From NCBI GenBank assembly GCA_028826165.1, contig JAPDFW010000086.1, forward strand, positions 186,001-250,000: 64,000 bases of DNA. The letters are read 5' to 3'. Both the position numbers and the translations under genes were made by a program. The notes beneath the pieces are model-generated. The model did not search any database and was not told where the DNA came from. It saw only the letters and a program-made list of their open reading frames with translations. The stretch comes from Anaeramoeba ignava BMAN. Taxonomy: Eukaryota > Protista > Anaeramoebae. Positions 52,302 to 64,000 of the stretch are shown piece after piece. Within the stretch, counting starts at the first letter, position 1; every line of letters starts with the position of its first letter.

Positions 52302-53112
52302 TTATTTCAATTTATCAAGTTCATGAATTAAAATTCCAAAATTATTTGAATCAAGAATTTGCATTTGGAATTCAGGAGAATTAATTGGATTGAATTGAGG
52401 TTGAAAAAGTAATTTTTGATTTTGAAAATTTTGAAAATTTTGAACCATTTGAACTCTTTGATAAAGAAATTGATTTATTTTATTTTGAAAAAGTTGAATT
52501 TCTTCTTCTTGTTGTTTTGTTGCTCTTTTTTCCATTTCAATTTCATTTCTCATTTCTTGTATTACTTGTGACATTTCGTTTAATTCTTTTTTTAATTTTT
52601 TATTTTGTTTTTTTTCGCTTTCTAAAATTGCTTCTAAATTTTTTTGTTCTTCATTTTGATTTTGATTTTTATTTTCATTAAAAAAATTTGTTTCATTTTC
52701 ATTTTCATTTTCATTTTTATTTTGATTAAAAAAATTTGTTTCATTTTCATTTTCATTTTCAGATTCAGATTCAGATTCAGATTCAAAATCCCTAATTTAA
52801 AAATAAAGTGGAAAAAAAAAATTTTTTTATTGATTAAAAAAAATGTCAAAAAAATATTCTTAATTTTTAATTTTTTAAATTATTTACCAAGTAATTGAAT
52901 CTTCTATTTAATTTTAATTTTAAAAAAAAAAGATAAAATAAAAGAAAGAAGAAAAAGTTAATAATTAAATTTTTGTTTTTTTTTTAGATTTAAATTTATT
53001 TACTTTGTTTTATAAAAGTTGTTCTAATTTCTTCAAGTCTAAATTTATCACTTTCTGTTAAAGAATTTCCAAAAGAAGGAAAAGAAAATTGGAATTGATT
53101 TTCTTCAAACAT
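52302..53112 (-). CDS. Hypothetical coiled-coil protein; exons 53112-53004, 52903-52888 (16-nt microexon), 52791-52302
   Basis: Phases 1 and 2 of two GT-AG introns are reconciled by the microexon (..FIKQ-KDSITW-DFESESE..LEAILES..). Confidence 0.65.
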
Positions 53113-53349
53113 TTTAATTTATTTTATTTTAATTTATTTTTGGAATAAAAAATTGAATAAAAAATTGAATAAAAAAATTGAATAAAAAAATTTTTAAATC
53201 TCTTTAAAAAATGATTTTTATTTCTTTTTTTTTTTTTTAAATAAAAATTTTTTTAAATCTCTTTTAAAAGAGTTAATTAATTTTAATTATTTTTCTTTCT
53301 TAAAAAATTGATAAAAATAACAAATTTAATTAAAAATCAACAAAATATC

Positions 53350-53970
53350 AATATCTAATACATATTTAATCAACATCTAATTAATATTTAATTAATATCT
53401 AATTAATATTTAATCAATATTTAATATTTAATCAATATTTAATCAATATTTAATCAATATTTAATTAATATTTAATCAATATTTAATCAATATTTAATTA
53501 ATATTTTAATCTATATTTAATATTTAACCAATATATTTAATCAATATTTAATATTTAATCAATATTTAATTAATATTTAATTAATATTTAACCAATATTT
53601 TAATTAATATTTAATCAATATTTAATTAATATTTAATCATTATTTAATCAATATTTAATTAATCAATCAATATTTAATTAATATTTAATTAATATTTAAT
53701 CAATATTTAATCAATATTTAATCAATATTTAATCAATATTTAATTAATATTTAATCAATATTTAATTAATATTTAATCAATATTTAATCAATATTTAATC
53801 AATATTTAATCAATATTTAATCAATATTTAATCAATATTTAATCAATATTTAATCAATATTTAATTAATATTTAATTAATATTTAATCAATATTTTATTA
53901 ATATTTAATCAATAATTTATCAATATTTAATCATTATTTAATCAATATTTAATCAATATTTTATCAAAAA
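53350..53970. repeat. 11-mer (CAATATTTAAT)n intergenic array
   Basis: Direct reading. Confidence 0.9.
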
Positions 53971-54120
53971 TATAAATTAAATAAAGATTTTTTTTTATTA
54001 AATTTTTCTTTCCTCTTTTCCAAAATCAAAAAAAAAAAAACAAATCAAAAATCAAATCAAAGAAATAAGAAAGAAAAATTCCAATCAAAAATCAATTCAA
54101 CATCAAAAATCCAAAAATAA

Positions 54121-55821
<1,701 letters not shown>

Positions 55822-56001
55822 TTAAAAGAAAAAATGAGAAAAAAATGAAAGAAAAAAAATGAAAAAAAAAATTTTAAATTTTTTTAATCTTTTTTTATTT
55901 TGTAATTAATTGTTTAATTTTTTGAAAGGAAATTATTTTAAATTTTCTCTTTTGTTTTTTGTTGTTTTTTGTTTAAAAAGGAAAAAAAAACGGAAATAAA
56001 A

Positions 56002-58532
56002 TCATTTTCTAGATTCTGTTTTTTTTCTACGTCTTTTAATTTCATGAGAATGAGAAATAGATTTTGATTTTGATTTTGATCTTGAATTTGATTTTGATTT
56101 TGATCTTGAATTTGATTTTGATTTTGATTTAGATATTGATTTAGAAATTGATTTAGAAATTGATTTAGAAATTGATTTTGATTTTGATTTTGATTTAGAT
56201 TTTGATTTTGAATTTGATTTAGAAATTGATTTAGATTTTGATTTAGATTTAGATTTTGGTTTCAAATTAGATTTTGAATTAGATCTTGAATAAGATCTTG
56301 AATTGGATTTTGAATAAGATCTTGATTTGGATCTTGAATTAGATTTTGAATAAGATCTTGATTTGGATCTTGAATTGGATCTTGATTTGGATCTTGAATT
56401 AGATCTTGATTTGGATCTTGAATAAGATCTTGAATTGGATTTTGATTTGGATCTTGAACGTGAATATGAACGTGAATATGAACGTGAACGTGATACTGAG
56501 CTTGTTATTGACCGTGAATAACTTCTTGAACGTGAATATCTTCTTTTATGTCTTGTATAGGTTCTTGGTGGTGATTTTTCCCTTCGATAACGTCTTGGTG
56601 ACCTCGAATATCTTCTTGGTGTTCGTGATCTACTTCTTGATCTGTTTGTTTGTTTTTGTTTTTGTTTTTGTTTTTTTATTAAGATTTATTTTTCATTTCA
56701 TTGATTTTAAAAAATTTTAAAAACAAGTTGAAAAATATTGAATAAAAACACAAAAATTTATATTTATATTTATATCAAAATTTATATTTATAATTATATT
56801 TAAATTTATATTTATAATTATATTTAAATTTATATTTATATTTATATTTATATTTATATTTATATTTATATTTATATTTATATTTATATTTATATTTATA
56901 TTTATATTTATATTTATATTTATATTTATATTTATATTTATATTTATATTTATATTTATATTTATATTTATATTTATATTTATATTTATATATTTATATT
57001 TATATTTATATTTATATTAATTTTATTTATATTTATATTTATATTTATATTTAGATTTATATTTATATTTATTTTATTTTTATATTTTTATGTTATATTT
57101 CTTTTATGATTTTTATTTAATATTTATATTTATATTTATATTTATATTTCTGTTTTTTGTTTTTATATTTGTTTTTGTTTTTGTTTTTGTTCTTGTTTTT
57201 TTATATTTATTTTCATTTTTATTTTTATTTTATTTTATTGTTTATATTTTTATATTTTATTTTATATTTATATTTATATTTATATTTATATTTTATATTT
57301 ATATTTATATTTATATTTATATTTATATTTATATTTATATTTATATTTATATTTATATTTATATTTATATTTTATATTTATATTTATATTTATATTTATA
57401 TTTATATTATTTATATTTATATTTATATTTATATTTATATTTATATTTTATATTTATATTTATATTTATATTTATTTATATTTATATTTATATTTATATT
57501 TATATTTATATTTATATTTATATTTATATTTATATTTATATTTATATTTATATTTATATTTATATTTATATTTATATTTATATTTATATTTATATTTATA
57601 TTTATATTTATATTTATATTTATATTTATATTTATATTTATATTTATATCAAAATTTATATTTATAATTAAATTTGAATAACAACAATATTAATATTATA
57701 AATAATTTGTTTTATTTGACAAAGAAAGCAGATAAAAAGAATAAATAAATCTTATTCCAATGCAGAATGACAGAATGGTGCTGTAGCCCAATGTGCGCTT
57801 ATGCTTTAAAATATTACACCTCTGTTTGAAAATTAAATTTATTACTCAACAAAAAAACAGTTGAAAATATTTACTTACCCCAAATATCCTTTTCTATAAT
57901 TATATAAACGGATTTTTTATAAACGGATTTTTTTTTAAATTAATTTTTTTAAATTAATTTTTTTGAATTAATTTTTTTATCAATTTGAGGAATTGAATTG
58001 ATTACAAACCTTGCAACTGATCGTTTTTTTGGAGGAGAACCTGCCCATTCACATACAACTTCTCGACCATCAATTATTTTTTTATCTATAATTTTTTTTA
58101 ATTGAAAAAAATTTAATTGAAAAAAATTTAATTGAAAGAAATTTAATTAAAAACTTACGCATTTTCTTTTTTGCATATTCTGCATCATCATTACTTTTAA
58201 AATTGTTAAAAAAAATTAATTTCAAAAAATTAAAAAAATTAATTAAAATTTTTTTCCGTTAAAATTCGTATTTTGTTTTTTTTAATTACTGTTCAAATTC
58301 AAGAAAAGCAAATCCTTTTGGTCTACTTGTTCCTGGCCAATAAGGAATATCTACTCTAAGAACTGTTCCATATTTTGAAAAATCACGTCTTTTAAAATGA
58401 TCAAAAAAAATTAAATTATTTTTCAATTTATTTTTATTTTTAATTTATTTTTATTTATTTTTTTTACTCTAAATCTCTTGCTCTTGTTCGGTAAGAAAGA
58501 TTTCCAACCCAAAGAGTACGAGAAGAAGACAT
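56002..58532 (-). CDS. SR splicing factor (single RRM + RS domain), SRSF10/SCL-like; exons 58532-58468, 58388-58290, 58193-58159, 58085-58010, 57893-57879 (microexon), 56641-56002
   Basis: RNP2 LWVGNL, RNP1 [21 protein letters not shown], then long RSRS/RSP/KS tail; all joins are GT-AG and in frame. Confidence 0.88.
56760..57670. repeat. (TTTATA)n hexamer array in long SR intron
   Basis: Direct reading. Confidence 0.95.
57700..57821 (-). other. Candidate alternative (poison/terminal) exon of SR gene
   Basis: CAAACAG acceptor ending 57822, in-frame TAA at 57808-57806, GC-enriched non-repeat island; 3' boundary uncertain. Confidence 0.55.
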
Positions 58533-58750
58533 AATTAATTAAAAAGAGAAAAAATTTAATTGAAAAAAAAAAATGAAAAAAAAATTTTTTAATTTAAAAA
58601 TTTTTCATTTTTTTTCTTTTTTTACTTTTTTTTTAAAAACAAAAACAAATTGTAAAATCTTTTATAATATTTATAAATTAAAAAAAAAAATATATCAAAA
58701 TTAAAAAAATTTAAATATTAATTTACACAGATTTTTTCATTCTCCTTTGA

Positions 58751-61700
58751 ATGAGCAATCAAGATCAAAAGAAAGAAATTATTAAAACAAAATCCAGACA
58801 TGGAGGAAAAGAAAGTGCACAATTTGTAAAAATTCAATAAAAATTCAATTAAAAATTCAAAATTAAAAATTAAAAATTAAAATTCAAATTAAAAAAAAAT
58901 AACGGAAACTAAAACTTCATTAAATATTCATTTTTAAAGCAAATTGGAGAAATAATTGGAAGAGGTGCTTTTGGTGCTGTTTATAAAGGATTTAATATTT
59001 CAACAGGAGAATTTGTTGCAATCAAAAGAATTTCACTTACAAAAATTCCCAAAGATGAACTTAAATCTACAATGATGGAGATTGATTTATTGATGAAACT
59101 TCATCATGAAAATATTGTTAAATATATTGGCTTTTCAAAATCAAGGGAATATTTGAATATTGTTCTTGAATATATTGAAAATGGAAGTCTTCAAAATATC
59201 ATGAAAAAATTTGGTAATTTTCCTGAAAATTTAGTTGCAAAATATATGTTTCAAACATTAAAAGGATTAGAATATTTGCATAAACAAGGTAATTTATTGA
59301 ATTAAATGAGAAAAATTTTCAAATAAAAATTAAACAATTCAATTAACAAATAAAAATTAAAAATTAAAAATTAAAATAAAAATAACAATAAAAATTAAAA
59401 TTAAAATTAAAATTCCAAACTCTATTTAACTAAAAATTTCGAACTCTATTTAACAATAAAAATTAAAATTAAAATTAAAATTAAAACTTTTTTTTTGCTA
59501 AAAGGTGTTATTCATCGTGATATTAAAGGTGCAAACATTTTATCAACAAAAGAAAGTATGATTAAATTAACAGATTTTGGAATTGCAACAAAATTGGGTG
59601 AATCGGATCAAACAGGAAATGCACTAGGAACTCCATTTTGGAGTAAAATCATTTAAAAAATTAAAAATTAAAATTAAAATTAAAATTAAAATTAAAATTA
59701 AAATTAAAATAAATATTAAAATTCAAATTAAAATTAATTTATAAAATTAATTTATAAAATTAAAATTAAATTTAAAATTAAAATTAAAATTAAATTTAAA
59801 ATTAATATTAAAATTAAAAATTAAAATTAATATTAAAATTAAAATTAAAATTAAAATTAAAATTAAAATTAAAATTAAAATTAATATTAATTTATAAAAT
59901 TAAAATTAAAATTAAAATTAAAATTAAAATTAAAATTAAAATTAAAATTAAAATTAAAATTAAAAATTAAAATTAAAATTAAAATTAAAATTAAAATTAA
60001 AATTAAAATTAAAATTAAAATTAAAAATTAAAATTAAAATTAAAATTAAATTAAAATTAAAATTAAAATTAAAATTAAAATTAAAATTAAAATTAAAAAT
60101 AAAATTAAAATCAAAATTAAAATCAAAATTAAAATTAAAAATTAAAATTAAATTTAAAATTAATTTATAAAAATTAAAATTAAAATTAATATTAAAATTA
60201 AAATTAAAATTAAAAGTGGCACCTGAAATTATTGAGTTAACACCTGCAACACCAGCATGTGATATTTGGAGTCTTGGATGTACAGCAATTGAATTATTAA
60301 CAGGGAAACCACCATATTTTGATTTAACACAAATGCAAGCATTATATCGGATAGTTCAAGATGATATGCCACCACTTCCTGATGGAATATCACCCGAATT
60401 AAAGGATTTTCTCACTCAGTGTTTCCAAAAAGATCCTTTTCTTCGTGTTTCTGCAACAAGACTTTTGGAACATGATTGGATTCAAAGTGCTGTTAATGAA
60501 AATTATCAATCAGAAAAACAGAAAAAAAGACACCGTAGAAAAAGACATCATAAGAAAAAATCTCATTCTTCAAGAAGAAATAAACTTGAACAACCTCAAC
60601 AACTTGCTCCAGATAACGATGATGATTTTGAACTTGATTTAAGTCAAAGTGGAGATGATTTGTACATTTAATTTAATATTTAATTTAATATTTATTTCAA
60701 TATTTATTATTTAATATTTATTATTTAATATTTATTTTTATATTTAATTTAATATTTTATTTAATATTTATTTTAATATTTAATTTAATATTATTTAATG
60801 TTTAATTTAATATTTAATTTAATATTTAATTTAATATTTAATTTAATATTTATTTTAATATTTATTTTAATATTTATTTTAATATTTATTTTAATATTTA
60901 TTTTAATATTTATTTTAATATTTATTTTAATATTTATTTTAATATTTATTTTAATATTTATTTTATTATTTATTTTAATATTTATTTTTTATTTAATATT
61001 TATTTTAATATTTATTTTAATATTTAATTTAATATTTATTTTAATATTTATTTTAATATTTATTTTAATATTTATTTCAATATTTATTTTAATCAATAAA
61101 AGAAAACTAAAACTAGAACAAAAACAAAAACCACCACCACCAAAAATTACAAATATTAAACCACAAGATGTTAAATTAAGTCCACTTCAACCAACCAAAA
61201 GTAAAATTATTAATAAATTTGCTGAAAATGATTTAGATGATTTTTTTGATGATCTTGAAGGAGATTTTTTTGAATCAAAAAAGCCTGATGAAGGAAATAC
61301 AAAACGTATTAAATTTCAATAAATAATTAAATTTCAATAATAATTTTAATAAATATTTAAATTCAATAAATAATTAAATTCAATAAATAATTAAATTCAA
61401 TAAATATTTAATTTCAATTAATATTTAATTTCAATAAATATTTAAATTCAATAAATATTTAAATTTCAATAAATATTTAAATTCAATTAATATTTAATTT
61501 CAATAAATATTTAAATTCAATAAATATTTAAATTTCAATAATAATTTAAATTTTCTCCAATAAATATTTAATTTCAAAAAATATTTTAAATTCAATAAAT
61601 ATTTAATTTCAATAAATAATTAAATTTCAATAATAATTAATTTCAAAAAATATTTAAATTCAAAAAATATTTAAATTTCAATAAATATTTAAATTTCAAT

Positions 61701-64000
61701 AAATATTTAATTTCAATAATAATTTTAATAAATATTTAAATTTCAATAAATATTTAATTCCAAAAATATTTAAATTTCTTTTATAGCATCTCCACTCAAA
61801 AACCATCTTTCAAAAAGATACTTTAATGCAAATTTAGGAGTTTCTGTTCCTGAATTAATGTTAGAAGAAACACAAAACAATTTACAAAAATTTGCTGAAA
61901 AAACAAATTTTGATGAAGATTTTGTTGATGATTTTGATAATTTCGATACTCAAAAATTATCAAAACCAAAATTAACACCACAAAAAGAAACCGTAAAATT
62001 CCCAGCATTAGAAGATGATAAAGAAGATGTTAATCTTTTTGAAAAATTAAATAAATTCAAAGAGGATGTAAATTTATTAAAAGAATTTTTTTTAAAGAAA
62101 AAGAAAAAATATTTATGAAAAATTTTCTTTTAAAATTATAATTGGTTTTTTTTTAGAAAAATGATAATGTTGTTGAAGAATTAGTTTTTGATGATGATGA
62201 TGACGATGATGATGAAGATCCTGAAGATTTAAAAGCTAGAGATCGACAAACAAAATTATCAAATGATATTCTTAATTTAATTTCTAAACTTCAACCTGAA
62301 GAAAAACCACAAACAATTTTATCAGTTTGCAATGATCTTGTACAATATTTCAATTCAAATTAAATTTAATTTAAAATTTAAAAAATATTTAAATTCAAAA
62401 ATATTTAAATTCAAAAATATTTAAATTAAAAAATAATTAAATTCAATAAATAATTAAATTAAATTTAAAAATAATTAAATTCAAATTCAAAAAATAATTA
62501 AATTTAAAAATAATTAAATTCAAAAATAATTAAATTCAATAAATAATTAAATTCAAAAAATATTTAAATTCAAAAATATTTAAATTCAAAAATAATTAAA
62601 TTCAAATTCAAAAAATATTTAAATTCAATAAATAATTAAATTCAAAAAATATTTAAATTAAAAAATTTAAAAATATTTAAAAAAATTTTCAAAAAATTAA
62701 ATTCAAAAATTAAAAAATATTTAAATTAAAAATATTAAATTCAAATTAAAAAAAATTTAGTACGAAATTTTCCAAAATAATCCAGAAACAAAAAATTACT
62801 TAATCACTCATCATGGTGTAATTCCAATTATGGAAATGCTTGAATTATCCAATACGGAAGTATTACAAACAATATTAAAAGTAGTAAACAAAATCATAGA
62901 AAACAACAACGTAATTCAAGAAAATTTATGTTTAATTGGAGGAATTCCAGCAATCATGAGGTTTTGCAGCAACGAATTCTCCAGTGATATTCGAGAACAA
63001 GCAGCTCAATTTGTTCATGAAATGTGTCACACAAGCAGAATGACACTTCAAATGTTTATTGCATGTCGAGGATTGCCAGTTTTAGTTGATCTTCTTGGAA
63101 TTGATTATCAAAAACAAAAGGAAATTATATTCAACACAATTATAGATATTGAGGCTGTTTTCCAATTAAAAAGTCCAACGCCTAAAAATGATTTTTGTAG
63201 ATTATTTGCTAAAGGCGGTTTATTATTACCTTTAGTTCGTGTTTTAAGAAAACTTAATTCAGATTTTTTATCTTCTTCAGGTCAAAAAGTTCAACCTAAA
63301 ATTGTCAAAAGATCAAATAGAAAAAAAAGTAATAAGAAATCTGTTGAATTATCTCAAGTTGTTTCTGATGATATTTTGAATAGTATTTTGAAAGATGAAA
63401 CTAAGCAGAAGTTTTTTAATTTTGAAAATAAAATTGTTGATTTATTTCTACTTTTTTCTCAAGCTGATTCTGCTGTTAAAAGGCAATTTGCGAAGATTAA
63501 AGTTTTAAAAAGTAAAAAATTTAAATTCAATTAAATTAAAAAATATTTAAATTAAATTAAATTAAATTAAAAAATATTTAAATTAAATTAAATTAAAAAA
63601 TATTTAAATTTAAATTAAAAAATATTTAAATTAAATTAAAAAATATTTAATTAAATTCAAAAATATTTAAATTCAATTAAATTAAAAAATATTTAAATTC
63701 AATTAAATTAAAAAATATTTAAATTAAATTCAAATTAAAAAATATTTAAATTTAAATTAAAAAATATTTAAATTCAATTAAATTAAAAAATATTTAATTA
63801 AATTCAAAAATATTTAAATTTAAATTAAAAAATATTTAAATTTAAATTAAAAAATATTTAAATTCAATTAAATTAAAAAATATTTAAATTAAATTCAAAT
63901 TAAAAAATATTTATTTAAATTCAAATTCAAAAAATATTTAAATTAAATTCAAAAAAATTAAAAAAATATTTAAATTAAATTAAATTCAAATTTTAAAGAA
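58751..64000 (+). CDS. Cdc7/Cdc15/SepA/MAP3K-epsilon-like STE kinase with ARM-type C-terminal region, 3' end runs off window
   Basis: [29 protein letters not shown]|MAPEIIEL, then [40 protein letters not shown] introns with donors ~58826, 59289, 59643, 60662, 61306, 62068, 62340, 63512. Confidence 0.9.
59660..63995. repeat. Series of intron-specific arrays in kinase gene: (AAAATT)n 59660-60210, (TTAATATTTATT)n 60670-61090, ~19-mers 61310-61775, 62350-62755, 63515-63995
   Basis: Direct reading; each intron has its own unit. Confidence 0.9.

Noticed and set aside
57758-57826. SECIS, TPP riboswitch, tRNA or C/D snoRNA in the GC-rich intron island
   Set aside because: No correctly spaced AUGA/AA/GA, no TPP core, no cloverleaf, no RUGAUGA/CUGA pair on the sense strand

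Overview
Extremely AT-rich, intron-containing eukaryotic (protist) nuclear DNA using the standard genetic code. The ankyrin-BTB gene, NQ-repeat proteins and repeat-filled introns resemble Anaeramoeba-like free-living metamonads, but that is inference only. I reconstructed 18 protein-coding genes by hand, all with GT-AG introns: Kir channel (partial), HAD/PUDP-like phosphatase, ATG5, PAS protein, giant ankyrin-BTB protein, F-box+TMEM185-like protein, CFAP100-like, bZIP, PP2A-A, P5C dehydrogenase, VPS15, a small membrane-anchored protein, MZT1, a bPH-like membrane protein, a coiled-coil protein with a 16-nt microexon, Rab5, an SRSF10/SCL-like SR protein and a Cdc7/SepA-like kinase (partial). Most supplied ORFs are spurious repeat translations. 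Almost every long intron and intergenic gap is filled by its own tandem repeat. The most notable observations: (1) a hidden alternative-splicing switch in the SR gene (microexon plus a hairpin-masked, stop-containing alternative exon); (2) repeat-expanded introns nearly devoid of sense-strand AG, with a shared branch-point-like motif lying upstream of the expansion; (3) five or six +1 frameshifts, three at TCG(A); (4) inverted satellite pairs bracketing genes; (5) a perfect AP-1/Gcn4-type site upstream of P5CDH. No rRNA, tRNA, CRISPR, intein or transposase was recognised.
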